Shown: piece by piece, positions 1 through 13,491 of the stretch
Numbering within the stretch: position 1 is the first letter of the stretch
Layout: each line of letters begins with the position of its first letter
Origin: the human T2T-CHM13v2.0 reference genome, Homo sapiens
Length of the DNA stretch: 64,000 nt
Direction: 5' to 3' (one strand)
Assembly (NCBI RefSeq): GCF_009914755.1
Contig: NC_060936.1
Translations under genes and position numbers: made by a program
Notes under the pieces: model-generated
What the model saw: the letters and a program-made list of their open reading frames with translations, nothing else
The model's database searches: none
Told to the model about the DNA's origin: nothing

Positions 1-306
1 TATTTCCCCAGATAGAGCTCTCTCTACAGAGTGACTTCTAGCTGACTTCCTCAACTGAAGGTCCCTCAACTTAGGATCTCAGATCATCACATCAGAGGAA
101 CTCTCCACAAAGCCTTCTCTGTCCCTTGGCTGCTTTTGCAGGCTCAAAGATTACAGGACTCCTCTATTATTAGCCTTACAGTATTATACAAATCCTTTTG
201 AGTTCCATACACCACAGCCACACCATTATCAATAGTCTATTTATTAAGCTGTCCTCAAATTATTCTATTCTGCCCTTTGTTTCCTGCCAGAACCTTGACT
301 AATACA
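1..306 (+). mobile_element. LTR33-like ERVL 5' LTR (3' half; truncated by window edge)
   Basis: Ends TTTATTAAGCTGTCCTCAAATT...TGTTTCCTGCCAGAACCTTGACTAATACA, matching the recalled LTR33 3' end; followed directly by ERVL internal sequence. Confidence 0.7.
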
Positions 307-3270
307 GCAATTGCTACAAAGAGTGACCCTCAGGAAATAGACCTTCAAATACGATTGTGGGGTTAGGTTGCTCATATATTTAAGGATCTCCTTATTGGAG
401 TGAAATGAAACAGAACATGTGATGGCACATGCTTATTTAAATGAACACGAGTGAGATGAAATGTAGGCGGAAGCTGATGTGCTGAAAGATCAAGTGGCTG
501 TTACATTAGGTCACTATGAGGCATCTGTTGGCTTCTTCTGGTAACCCAGCAAGTGAACCTAGTTGTAAAAGGAGAAATGGAAAACTGTGACTATCTAGTT
601 GAGAGCATGCATGGAAAATCAGAAAGCCTCATGGACCTTTGAAGAAGTCCCTTATCTCCTGTAATTGCAGGGTAGATAGGGCTGAGGACTAAGAACCAGA
701 CCCAGTTATAAAGGTTGCAGAATTGAAATGCCAACACATGCTCAGATCTGACAGGCCTCTTACATCAAGGGAAGTGAAGGGAAGGGAAGAAAAGAGATTT
801 AAATTTACGTAGATGAAACTGAGAACTTCATACCATTGGATCTCCCCAAATCTCCCTTACTAGCAGAGGCAGCCTCCCCAACTCCCATCTGAGGGAAATA
901 GCCTTCCCCTGTATAATTATAGTCTACAAATAATTGCCTAGCAAGATGATGCTGATTCACCTCCATCACTCCGTAGGCCCATGATGAGAGTTAGATTTCA
1001 CTATATCCCAAAGGGTGAAACATAGGCCTATTCTGGGAGGAAGGAGATTATATACTAAAAAATTACAAGTACTTATGAGTCTGTATCAGCAAGAGTCTGG
1101 GGAGCATATTTGGGAGTGGATTTCAAGGGCATTAGACCAAAGAGAATAAAACTTAAAGCTTGATGAGACAGAATATATTAACATGGGAACTCTCACCTGG
1201 GATTTGGGATTTAATGTGAAAATTAAGCAGCCAGGAATGGTGATAATTGTCTCCTAAGTTGACTAATTGAAGCCTGCACTCAAATGGGCCTGGAGATAAT
1301 GGACAAAGATGCTGCAATGGAATTGGGTTTCCTGAGCTCAGTGGGAACAATGGGACCCCAGAATGGTGGAGACCAGGTAGTGCCACTTAAACTTCGAGGA
1401 AAAGATGAGCACAACCACCCTAAAAGCTACAAGAACAGAGTGATAAAGTATTCTTACCTGAAAGGATCACTGGAAAATAAATAACAATTAATCATGGGAT
1501 TTCTAGAAGCAAAATGGGCAGCTAGTCAGATGCTCTTTAACATAACAGATTTAAAAAATTTTATCTGGTGGACAGAAATCTAACTCAAGTTGCAATAATG
1601 GTGATCCATGGAACATTTTTGCCAGTTTCTAGTTCTAAAGTAGTTAAGATACAAAGCCTCCGGGCTGAGGGGAAGGTCAGTCTCCTCAGAGGCAAAACCC
1701 TGCACTGTGGCCATAGGTGCATACCTGAATCTTCCTTTAGATGTTACCAGAGGCATCTGCAGCCATTGACTATGGGGACTGTGCCCTGGAGAAAAGGAGA
1801 CACCTAGAATTCTAGGGGTTGTTTTATACTGGCTTCAAATTGATGATAATCCTTGGAGGCCCCAAAAGCCTCTGAGAGTCTTCTTATTGGTGCAGGTTCT
1901 TGTGGAAGTCTGGCAATAAATGGAGTTGTGACTGGAGTCTCTTTCACAGTGGTGCCAGTGGGACTATGAATTTGTCTTGTAGTTTTTAAACTAGGCTTGG
2001 GATCTATAGAGGAATAGCTATGGTTAGCATCTGGCAGAATCCCAACAGTGGTCCTCCGACCAATGAAGTCACAGTTACAGTTAGAAGGGCCAAGTAGTGG
2101 TCCCGGAACTGCCCCATCCCCACTAGAACAGGAATTCAAAACCATATCACATCCTTGGGGGAATCAGAGAGATCAGTGCCACCATCAAAAAACTGAAAGA
2201 CACAGGGATGATGATTCTTACCATGTCCCCATTTAACTCACCTGTTTGGCTAGTGCAAAAGCCAAGCAGATTATGGAGAATGGCAGCAGACTATCTCACA
2301 CATACTCAGAGGATGAAGCCTATCAAAGCTGTGTTTTGGATGGGATAGCTTCATCCCAAATCAATACAGTCTTTGGCATATGAACCTAGAAAATGCTTTT
2401 CATTCTCCAAATGTATCAGTCAAAACAATCAGAAGCAATTTGCTTTGATGTGGTAGTGACAACAGTCTAACTATATGGTTTTACTTAGGAATGTGTCAAC
2501 TCTCTCGTCCCTATTAAGTGATCTAGAGGAACACCGATTGTCCTAAGAGCCCATACCCTATTATTTTGGCCCATTACTTGATGACATGTTAATTGGACCT
2601 TGTGAACAAGCAGTAGCAAGCACCCTTTATAAGACATGTTTGTACTATAGGGTGGAAGATAAACCTTGCAAAAGTTCAGGGGTCACCACATCAGTGAATT
2701 TTCTAGGGGTCTGGTACACATTGGGATATCCCCTCTAAAATGAAGTAAGTCTGCACTATTCATTGCCCATCACAAATAAGAGTCATAATGCTTATTGAAC
2801 ATCTTTGGATTTCAGAGGCTGATTTACTGCACTTTGAACATGGTCTGATGCATTTGCCTATTAAGTCTGATATTTTGATTGGACTCAGAGGAAAGAAAAG
2901 GCTCTATTGCAGGCCCAGGCTGCATTAGAACTTGCTTTTCTATTAAGGCCTGATTATGAGTCAACCCAGTGGTATTAGAAATGTATTCTTCATCAGAGAT
3001 GCTGTATGGAGCCTCTGGCAAGTCCCAATAGAATAATCCCATGAGGGAACCCTAGGACTTTTAAGCAAAGCCTGTTCTTTGCTACAGACAACTGCTCTCC
3101 ATGGGAAAGGCAGCTCCTAACTTTCTATGGACTTGGATGGAAACTGAATATCTGACTAAGGCCACGAAATCTTATGAACTTGAGCTGCTCCTCAGAAACT
3201 ACTTGTCATCTATTCAACAAAATGAAAAGGTAAATTGTGCTGTATCATTTCATTATTAAATGGAAATAGA

Positions 3271-3597
3271 GGCCGGGCATGGTGACTCATGCTGGTAATC
3301 CCAGCACTTTGGGAGACTGAGGCAGGTGGATCACTTGAGATCAAGAGTTTGAGACCAGCCTGGCCAACATGGTGAGACCTCATCTCTACTAAAAATACAA
3401 AAATTAGCTGGGCATGGTGGTGCATGCCTGTAATCGAAGCTACTTAGGAGGCTGAGGCAGGAGAATCGCTTAGGAGGCTGAGGCAGGAGAACCTGGGAGG
3501 TGGAGGTTGCAGTGAGCCAACATTGCACCACTGCATTTTAGCCTGGGCAACAGGGTGAGACTCTGTCTCAATAAATAAATAACAAATAAAATTAAAT
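3271..3597 (+). mobile_element. AluS element inserted in ERVL pol
   Basis: Full dimer starting GGCCGGGCATGGTG, A-rich tail, TSD AAATG(G/A)AAATAG at 3258-3269 and 3598-3609. Confidence 0.97.
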
Positions 3598-3698
3598 AAA
3601 TGAAAATAGCAGCTATGTGATGCTGAGTCTGAAAATACAAGATATTCAGATTTTTATGGTATCTCCTACTGTTTTATCATGTTTTTTAAAATGCAGAC

Positions 3699-4135
3699 TG
3701 TGATAGTTAATTTTATACACCAATCTGACTGGATCAAGGAATGTCCAGATGTCTGGTTAAACATTATTTCTGAGTGTGTCTGTGAGGATGTTTCTGGAGG
3801 AGATTAGCATTTGAATCTGTGGACTCAGTAGACTGCCCTCCCTAATGTGGGTACGCATCATTTAATCTGTTGAGGGCCTGAACAGAACAAGAGGCAGAGG
3901 AAGGGGGAATTCCCGCCCCCCACCCTGCCCCTTTTTCTGGTTAAATGCTTGAGCTGGGACATTTAATCTCATTTTCTCCTGCCCTTATACCAGGATTTTA
4001 TACCATTGGCTCCTCTGGGCCATACATACATACATGTGTGTATGTGTGTGTCTGTATATATATATATGTGTGTGTGTATATATATATATCCATATCCTAT
4101 TAATTCTGTTTCTCTGGAAAACCCAGACTAATACA
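3699..4135 (+). mobile_element. MLT2B-like solo LTR (ERVL) with internal (TG)n/(TA)n microsatellite at ~4021-4090
   Basis: Starts TGTGATAGTTAATTTTAT, contains GAGATTAGCATTTGAATC, ends TCTCTGGAAAACCCAGACTAATACA. Confidence 0.9.
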
Positions 4136-4924
4136 TTTACCTGTTATCTCAAGGGGAGTTCCCAGTGGCTCATTCACAGCCAAAGAAAAGTGTGTTGCCA
4201 TTCATATGTGTTAGCACCAGCCAGAAATGGATGACCACTGCTTCTCAGTGCTCCTGACAGACAGAGGTGAGGGCAAGACTTCTTGTGTGGAATTTTGAGC
4301 AGAATGTCTAGTTGTCCAATTTTTGGAAAGAAAAATGACCTGGTTCTATATTGATCCATGAGCAGTGGCTAGTGGATTGGCTAGCTGTTCAGACTTGGAA
4401 AGAAGGGGCCATTTACCTCCTTGTATCCAATTACCAGAAGGGCACCATGTTACTGTTTTATCATGGGGAGAAAGAGTGCTAGGGAATGCATAGTATTGGA
4501 CTACCTCGTAGGCCTCCTTTGCCTGATAGTTGTGGTCAATGAAAATACGGTGCCAACCCAATCGAAAGACCACCAAAGATGCAAATCCCTCAGGCAAGTG
4601 ACTCTGTTTAGGGAAGGTGCTAGCAAAGAGTAGGGTAAACATGAAATGGGTCACAGAAGGCAGCTGTGATCACCACCTTGGGTCTGTGAGCAGCTGCATA
4701 AGCAGGGACTGTACTAGCTACTGTTTATGTTCATTTATTCTCCCCTCCCCTTTCTCTCCCTGCTGACTAATGTGAAGCATATTGATAGTGGCAAATGTTT
4801 TAGATTCCATGTGGGGGCACACATGAGTTAACAACACCATATGCTGATATTTCACATGTTTTCTATTTGGAGGTACAAGCTTTTTACAAGATGGAGGACA
4901 AGAGCCAATCCTGAGGTGCAAAAT

Positions 4925-5360
4925 AGGTTGGCTGCTTTCTGTTTGCCTGTTCACATTCCCTTTCTACCCCTTTCCACCATACACTTTGTCTTGATATGCA
5001 TAAATTACACCAGGAAGAACTCTTTGTCCTCTGGTGTCAGGTTCCTGTTCAGTCAATGAGAACAGGCAAAACATGTGAGAGAGTGAGGTCTGGGTCTTTA
5101 TTTCCTGGCTTCCCTCTTCAGGATCACTTCTTGCTGAGTGCAACCTTTAAAAGTTGCAGTTTTGCTCAGGGGGCCTCCAGACAGTCCTCTCTGCTTCTGG
5201 GTTTCAGCAATGACCCCTTCTTCATACTCTTCAAGCCTGAAGAGGCACTTGCTACTGTTACTAGCTTCAGAGTACTGTTAACCCTTTACCATGACCCCTT
5301 CACTAACCTTCCTCAGACTTTTCCAGTGTGAGTCAGCTAGGTGCTTCCTACTGATTTACA
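4925..5360 (+). mobile_element. LTR33-like ERVL 3' LTR
   Basis: GAGAGTGAGGTCTGGGTCTTTATTTCCTGGCTTCCC, TTCAAGCCTG and CTGTTACTAGC blocks are colinear with the recalled LTR33 consensus and with 1-306. Confidence 0.7.
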
Positions 5361-5523
5361 AGTCTAATTTTTTAGTTATTCTAATATGCCAAATTCTCTT
5401 CAATATTACAAATGCTTTAAATAGTAACTATATCAAGATTAAACCGTTGAAAATAAATATTTATTCTTGATCTTAACACAAAAGTGTTAATATTCTTCCT
5501 GGAGAAAAAGGTACTTATTCATG

Positions 5524-5659
5524 AAGTCGGCTATATATGGCTGCATAGGTGGTTTCCTAAACAACTCTGGAGACAACATTCATATTAACTAGTATGAAAG
5601 AGGCACATCTTGTAGTTGGGTGCTGCACAGCTCCCCCACAATTGCATGTTGTGGCCCTG
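5524..5659. mobile_element. MER91-like palindromic MITE (hAT-Tip100)
   Basis: Degenerate palindrome GGCTATATATGGCTGCATAGG...CAACTCTGGAG...GTAGTTG...GTGGCCCTG. Confidence 0.55.
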
Positions 5660-6099
5660 GGTCTATCACGGACATGTTTTGGTTATTCCAAGAATTACAA
5701 GGTTAGTCTTTCTTGCAAATTGAGGTAACTATCCCAGCACACTGAGGGTGCTCATTGGCCACATAATTTTGGATTGGTCTTAGGTATGATTCTGTCCTCG
5801 TCACTGACCTATATGAGCCATTTATTTTTTATTCTGTGACTTTCAAATGGTGTGATCTTCCAATACACATGTCCCGGATTCACATTGAGCATTATCTAAT
5901 TTTTTTGTCTGATTTGAGTCTGCAAGTCTCAACCCAGGTGACTTCACCACTTGATTGAATTAAACGAATCTCTTTATTGTCTGCATCATCTCAGCTCTTC
6001 CTTCCTGGCCAGGCCGCAAGCCTTAAGGCTATCTAAATGTCCTTAGTTTGAATCCTGAATATCTGTCTGTCTTTGTGAATGTAGCACAATAGTGGTCAT

Positions 6100-6880
6100 G
6101 GATGAAGGTACAGTGACATAAAAAGAGGTTGAACAGGGTCCTGGCACTGAGAAAGGTGGGTTAGGTTTTGAAAGGCTTGAAACAGGAGGCCAACTTGATC
6201 TAGTGTGAGTTCTAAAAAGATCTTCCTGGCTGAGGTACAAAGAATGAATTGGAGTGGGGCAGGTGGGAATGCAGGGAGATGAGTAAAAAGCCTATTGCCA
6301 GGTCCAGATAGAGAAAGAGTGGCTTGGATTAGTGACAATGGAAACAGAGAAAAGTGGATGGATTTGAGAAAGATTTTGGAAATAAAATTCATGGAACTTG
6401 GTGGTGACTGGATCTAGGGAGTAAGGAAGGGGAGATGTAAGGAAAGATGGCTGAATAGCTGGTGGATTGTGGTGATGATGGCTGTGCACATTGGTAGTAG
6501 CAATGATGAGGCAGCGGAGGGAGAGAATAGGAGCAAGGAAGGACCACGAATTCAATTTGAGGTGCCTGTAAGAAAGAATCCAAGTGATGAGACTGAATAA
6601 GCATTAGATGTTTGGTTGGAGAAATGCTAATTGTAATTAGAGCAAACATAGGGTACTTAATTTTTTTAATGCAGTCCTCAATAAGTGAGGGTGGAGTGGA
6701 AGAAAACAAGGTAAAATAAAGGCAAAAAATCATTTGTTCATCTCTCTATGCCTAGGTTCATTCAAATAGATTCATTCAATTATCCAGAATCTTGCCTATG
6801 CAGATATTATTGTAGATTCTGAGTAAAGTGGTGAACTAGAGAAAGTTCCTACCCTCAAATTTCCTATTCTCAGTGGAAGT
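6100..6880 (-). mobile_element. L2 fragments
   Basis: Purine-rich L2 antisense motifs (GAGAAAAGTGGATGGATTTGAGAAAGATTTTGGA; TTTGAGGTGCCTGTAAGA) and a TTCATTCA 3' end near 6770. Confidence 0.75.
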
Positions 6881-7079
6881 AAATTCACAATGTTGAGATT
6901 AAATAGTTAATGCCATCTTTAGGAAAAAATATACAGATCACATTTGGTTTTATTTTATTTTACTTTACTGTTTTAGACATGTCACATTTATTTTGCTTTT
7001 CCTGTTATTTTGTAGGACTTTGTCTAAGTGCTCTATTGGCTAATAGTTCATAAGTTCATAATTTTGCTAGTTTCTATAA

Positions 7080-7450
<371 letters not shown>

Positions 7451-9544
7451 TAATAGCAGCAAAAATCCTCCTAGATGTTATATACTAGATGAAGAAATAT
7501 GCCACCAGGATAGGCTTTGTGTGTGTAAAATAAATTTAGTACCCAAAATATGCCACTGAAATTTTTCATATAGCAGTCTCATAAATGTAATTTTAAAATA
7601 GTCAATAAAACTTTAAGATGGGAGTACTAGATTTTAGTATATAAAACTAAATTCTATAAAAAAGTATGCCTCCCTGATACATCTACTTAGCTTGAAATCA
7701 TGACATATCATGTTTAAAACAAAAATAATCTTGACAGTAGAAAGAGGATGTTCTTCTTGTTCCAAATTACATTCATATACATTTTGGTAAACAAGTTGTA
7801 ACTGAATACATCTAAGTTTTAAAATTCTCTTGTTTAGAAATGTGCACACTTGCACATAGGAAGAGGAAGTTGAATTGCTTTACACCGAACAAGATAAACA
7901 CATTTATGACCCAGCCTGAAAGTCTTTGTGAGACAGGTGGACTTTGAGACTTTTAGTGTGATAATGATACATTGTTGACTACTGTTGATAATATTAACTA
8001 TTGACTATTAAGTTGTTAATAGTAACTGGACAGGGAGGGATTCATCCTGCCCAGGCAAATCCAAATGCTAAATAAACATTTACTGAGCACTCGGGTGTGT
8101 CAGGCATTAGGACAAGAACTTGGTCTACAAGAAAATGCAAAAGTTCATAATTCAGACAGAATTTCTTTCCTCAGTATCTGTCCACTAAACGTATAGGAAT
8201 GAACCCTATCATATGATTTATAGTGCACATGGCTGGAAGCACTCGCTAATATCCACTCACTCCTACTTGGTTTAGGGACATCACTTACTTTTCATGTCTA
8301 TATGACCCTTTTGCTTAACATTGCTCAAAAGTGAGTGTCTCATATTAACAAATTTCCTAATTGTTTAGGTAACTGATGTTTAGTCTTGTATTGGTCAGTG
8401 TTCATTCAGGCAAATGGAAGTTGTTCTTTGTATTTCAATACAGGAGATTCAAGGTTTCATCCCTGTCAAATGGGCTAGGGAAAGGGCAGGTCAAGAAGCC
8501 CACTACCTACAATCTCAGCCAGCAACACTGAAGTAGGTTGTCCTCAAGACCTTGCCAGACACAGACACTGCTGTGTGCCTCGTATCCACCATCTGGTCAG
8601 CATCTGCCTGCAACTGCCACTCAAGAATAATGGGCTGTCCTCCCCTTTAGAATCTCCCCAAGTGCCCTGTTCCAATTTTCATGTCCCCATTCTTTTCCAG
8701 GCAACACTTTAACTTTTACGAAAGAGGCCTGACAAGGCTCACTGTGATTTCAGCTTTCATTGTTACCCAGTCACCCATAGGATCCAATTTTAGATTTGGC
8801 TCTCAGAAATCTTAGCTCTGCAGCTACAAGAAATAAAACGTTCTTTCAGAACATAGAAGCTTTTTTGGTTCCTTGCTTGAGAATTTATAGATCATCCTTC
8901 CGTAAGTTTCAGTCTTAGATATCCAGCCAGCTCCATCGTTGTTGTTGTCAAACTTTCTGCTCAAAGATTCTCTTGAAGAAGTCATATGGTCTTTCAACAC
9001 TTAGCTTTCTTATAGGCTCATAATTCCAGGAAACTAAAAGTGGAAATTAAAAAATTATTTAGCCTCCGTACATTGTATACCAACAAAGTTTTTTTTTTTT
9101 TTTTTTGCTAGCAGTGAGGCCATTACATTCTTTAACTCTATTCAGATCAGAGAACTCATCCCGGATTCTCTTCTTTGAGGTTCTGTTTTCCTGAAATTGC
9201 TGCCAGTAGCAAAAATTCTAAGAGCCAGACTTCAGTCATTAAATCAGAAGTCACTCTGTATGGCTGTAACTCATGTGGCTGACCTTATTTACTCAGTTTC
9301 CAGCTCCTTCAGAGGTCAAACTGATATTGCATAGCCCAAGGTTTCCACCATAACTAGGACCATTAGCATAAACTATCTGGATGACCCAAGGTCCAAGGTA
9401 GACAAAAAAGAGTCTTATCAGGCAGGATATTTCCAGGTTCTTAGAGGTTATCATCCAGGAGTCAGTCAAGGGGCAAACTTTTCTTTGGAACACGCAGGGT
9501 TTGTGCAACTCAGGTCTACTGAGTTAATCCTTTATTGCATACAC

Positions 9545-9810
9545 AGAATCACTGAAATTTGTATCTTAAGGAACCTCAGAGATTATCTGGTTAAACCTCT
9601 TTTTTTGTAGGTAATAAAAACAGATGGATGTGGATTTAAATTCCAATGTTACTACTTATAAACTGTGAGGCATTGGAGAAATTACTTAACCTCTCTGAGC
9701 CCAATTTTTTGCACAGATTCTTCGTTAACAGAGTTATAGTCAAGATGAAGTGAGAACTTATCCAAACGCTCACGCTAAATTAGTGGTTAAAATATAGTAG
9801 GCCTAAAAAC
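9545..9810. mobile_element. Adjacent MIR fragments (antisense then sense)
   Basis: MIR core TTACTTAACCTCTCTGAGCC at ~9682-9701. Confidence 0.65.
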
Positions 9811-9962
9811 AATAATTTTTTTCTTATTCAATAAGCTTATCAAGAATATATTATTATACTGATGCAGGTAGGAGAAAAAGTTGCTGCTCTATTAAAAATA
9901 AGCATTTTGATAACTAGCACTGTAGAAACATTTATATAAGAAGAGATGTCGCTTTGTTTTGG

Positions 9963-10134
9963 AAAATGCCTTGAAGGCCCCTTTTGAGAGTCAAGAGTGA
10001 GGCTCTCTAGGACTTAGTATGCAAAGAAAGAAACGAACTGCTTTGCAAAATGCCTTGAAGGCCCCTGTGAGAGTCAAGAGTGAGGCTCTCTAGGACTTAG
10101 TCTGCAAAGAAAGAAATGAACTGCTTTGCAAAAT
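9963..10134. repeat. Two-copy 84/83-bp tandem duplication
   Basis: 9963-10046 and 10047-10129 differ by about 3 substitutions and 1 indel. Confidence 0.95.
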
Positions 10135-11193
10135 AATTGGATGAAAAGACAGCAAGGCAGGAGAGAAAAAGTAGTGAAAGACTGGAGCGAAGGGTAAAAA
10201 CGAGGAGTTGAAAATATTTTTTGCAGAAGTTGGTCAGTGCCAGGTTGTTAAAAGCCTTCAAATCTACATAAATTAGTTTCCCAAAGTCTCAGAGCTGGTT
10301 AATGAAAGAGCTGAGATGAAAAGGTCTTTTTAGAAAACCACATTGCCTCTTTAAGAACCAAAGTTGTTTTTTTTTTTTTAAACCACTTTCAATATTTAAT
10401 GATACTTTGGGGTATTAAACAGAGTATACAAACCTTTTGCTAATATCTGAGATTCTCAGAAGCTGCCCACCAAATATCTGGGTTAATACTGTATTTCACA
10501 TAGTTAATTAAATATTTACTCACCAAAAAGGAAATAGTTTTCAGCTAAGTTTCAGAGAAGGCTTATGGGAAAATAGTCAGGAACCACCGTTTCATTACAA
10601 ACATTTCAAGAGAAAACAAAAGAGTGCCTCACGCCTGAATACTTTTGGTGACTTATAATAAAAAAATAAAGTTTCCTGAGCTTATTGTTATTACTTTGCA
10701 TTGATAAATGCCCATGGTTTTGTTCAGCTGACATTTTTATGTAGTAACAGGGAAATGTGCAACTCTCTTAGTTTTTGGAAACCAACAAAGCCTGAATTTG
10801 CAAGTGTGGAGCCGTAACATGCTACACTTCAGTTGAGTCTCACTTTAGTCACATGTTTAGAGAGATAATCCAAGCCAAAGGACATAAACACTGAAGAAAT
10901 GGAGAAGTTTGAAAAAAATTTTTTTCTTCTAATTTTCTGTTTGGGACAATGAGCGTTTTCAGCCCCTGCTTGCTGTGTCTGAAATTGCCACAAGGGCCAG
11001 GCTTTTGAGGCTTATATCTTAGAAGGAAATCCTTGTTTTGGACCTCCAGAGTAAAATGCAGGGCCAGCCCAGTATGAACAGTTGTTTTCCTTCTAACTGG
11101 CTTCCCTTGGGAATTCTCATTCCGTCTTTTTCAGCACTTCACTCCAATCCCTTGCTGCTATAGACCTTCCTCTGCTTCTTTGTTTGTCTGAGG

Positions 11194-11590
11194 TATGGTG
11201 GGTATGTAGCTTAAACTACTGGTCATAATTCTTTACATCTGTTAGTATCATACATCGCTTGCTGTGCTTCATGATGGATTGCCTCTACTTCCCTGCTTGA
11301 AGTTGGATTTGGCTATCAGACTTTGTTTTCGCCAATGGGATATCAGCACATGTGACATGAGCAGAGGTTGCAATATGCTTATGTGGTTAGGCTTGTTTTC
11401 TGCCACTCTTGCCAATGCCACGTAAAGATCACATGCCCCTGGTCTTCTGGTGTGGGGTGACCTGGGCCATCCTGAGCTTGGAGCGAAGCCCAGCCAAACC
11501 TAGCTTGGGTCAGCCAAGCCCAGCTGACCTGCACATGTGTGCAGAAGAATACCTGATTGTTGGTTTAAGCTACTGAGCTGTGGGGTGTGT
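11194..11590 (+). mobile_element. MLT1 (G/H-like) MaLR LTR followed by a T-rich tract (11590-11632)
   Basis: GCCAATGGGATATCAGCACATGTGACATGAGCAGAGG and GTTTAAGCTACTGAGCTGTGGGGTG are typical MLT1 blocks. Confidence 0.75.
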
Positions 11591-12477
11591 TTTTTTGTTT
11601 TTTTTTTTTTGTTTTTTTTTTTTGTTTTTTTTTGACGGTTATGGTAGACAATATCAGAAAATGTAGGAGGAAGGGAAACAAGAAAGAGCAAACTGTCCTC
11701 AGCATCTACTCTGTTCTTTTCATTGGCATGTTGGTTTTATTTTCTAGTCAGCCAGCGGCCACTGGTAACTGACAGACAACACAGCATTTGACTTGTGATT
11801 CAACTATTTATTGGCTTTAGACTAGAATTTTGTATCTGAAAAGTGAAGATAATAGAAGTACCTGCTAGGAACTCATATGAGCATACAAATAATATAAAGC
11901 ATCTGGGTTCAATAAATGGGAATATTATTACTAGCAGCAGCAGCATCACCACCACTAGTAGTTGTAGTAGCAGCAGCAGAAGTAATAGTAACCCTGAATT
12001 CATCTTCTACATCATCGCACACTTACCCCTGCCAGAGAATTGTGTGGCATTTTCTTACAGGGTTCTTGTAACATCTATGAAGACACACTGTGATAAAGGA
12101 AGATATCCATGGAGTGGTTGTGTGAAAATTTCTTTGAAGTACGTGACAAGTTTTCCCTTATCTCAGTCCTATCCTATATTTCTATTTACCCTGAATCTAG
12201 GCAGAAAAAAGATAGAAGCAGTGTTCGAGGGGACCCTCTTTATCCAACAGAGAGAGACTCAGGACCATGTATCCCAGAATAATGAAGGTCCGGGGGAGGT
12301 AAACAGTCAGAAAATTAATAAAAACAAGGTTGTGTAACGGGAGAAAGATCCGGACTTGTGTTCACGACTCTCCTGGAATGCCTATGGCAAGTTGTACTGT
12401 GAATCTTTAATAAGATACTAAACCTTTACCATTTTCCTTGTTTTCTCCAATATTAGTAATAGTGAAAACTCACGGAA

Positions 12478-12773
12478 GGGTGGTTATGATGGCTCACTCC
12501 TGTAATCCCAACACTGAGAGGCCAAAGCGGGAGGATCACTTGAGCCCAGGAGTTTGAGACCAGCTTGAACAACATAGAGAGACCCCTGTCTCTATGAAAA
12601 ATTAAAAAAAAAATTACCCGGGTGTGAACTGTAGTCCCAACTATCTGGGAGGCTGAGATAGGAAGATTACTTGGGGCTGGGAGGTTGAGGCTGCAGGAGC
12701 TGAGAGCATGCCACTGTACTCCAGCTTGTGTGACAGAGTGAGACCCTGTCTCTAGAAAAACAAAAACCAAAAA
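12478..12773 (+). mobile_element. AluJ element
   Basis: GGATCACTTGAGCCCAGGAGTTTGAG and GAGGCTGCAG J-type diagnostics; diverged. Confidence 0.93.
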
Positions 12774-13491
12774 TCCTTATGGGAAACCTGAAAGGAAGCT
12801 CTACTTTTTTTAAAGGCAGAGGAGGGGAGATACTGAGAGAGTGTGTGGATTCTCAGTGAGTTGGGGGAAGTGGGCTGAGTCAGAGCTATGGTGATAACAA
12901 CGGAAGGGAAGCAAGACACCCAGGGCTGGGGTTTTTTCTGGAATAAATACCTACTGGATAGGAAGCCTGACCTCTTACTCTTCTCTTACTCTTCCTTCTC
13001 TTGCTCTTCTGTTTCCCTTTCCCACTAAAAATCCAACCTCAGACCATAAAAGCATTCACCATGGACTTAGAATATGAGAAACTGTAATCTCCTCTCTCAG
13101 CACCATTGCTAGAAAAACAAGTTTGATTTCCAAAATGCCAACTGATAAGTATTCTTTTCTTCTTTACTGTAATTCTTTGAAAATCAAGATCTGCAAAATA
13201 CTTTAGATGGCATTTGGCCTGGAATGACCAAGGAAGGAGCTCCAGGCTGTCCTTGTATCAAGGGGTAGCATCCCCTCTTTAGGGAAGCTTGTTCACCAGC
13301 AGTTGGGTTCTGACTTGTAAAGAATGTCCAGAAAATTAGGCCCCAGATGCCCACTTTGTTGAGTGACTCAAGAATCTCCTGGGAATGAGTGTACCTCTTG
13401 GTACCTCTAGCATGACCTAGAAAGGCAGAAGGGAGGGGTAATTCTGGGCACTTTGTGTTGCTGGTTCCCCAGCTGTCAGCCCAGAGCAAAC

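Larger units (their letters stand above)
307..4800 (+). mobile_element. Decayed ERVL internal region (gag-pro-pol-dUTPase remnants; ERV3-16A3/HERV16/ERVL-E-like), interrupted by an Alu and an MLT2B LTR
   Basis: Hand translation: 1081-1218 LYQQESGEHIWEWISRALDQRE*NLKLDETEYINMGTLTWDLGFNV (ERVL gag); ~1816-1866 GLFYTGFKLMIILGGPK (protease, DTG mutated to YTG); ~2145-2295 YHILGGIREISATIKKLKDTGMMILTMSPFNSPVWLVQKPSRLWRMAADY (RT N-terminus); frameshifted HYxDD-like motif ~2572-2590; RNase H-like segment ~4348-4403; dUTPase-like C-terminus ~4425-4545. Many stops and frameshifts. Confidence 0.9.

Noticed and set aside
9963-10134. Direct repeats here and at 43848-44035 considered as CRISPR-like arrays
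   Set aside because: Only 2-3 copies, no unique spacers, no cas genes, and the context is a mammalian genome.
11843-12337. 164-aa ORF with a Ser/Thr run
   Set aside because: GTG start; runs through a low-complexity (AGC/AGT/ACC)n tract; no homology recognised.
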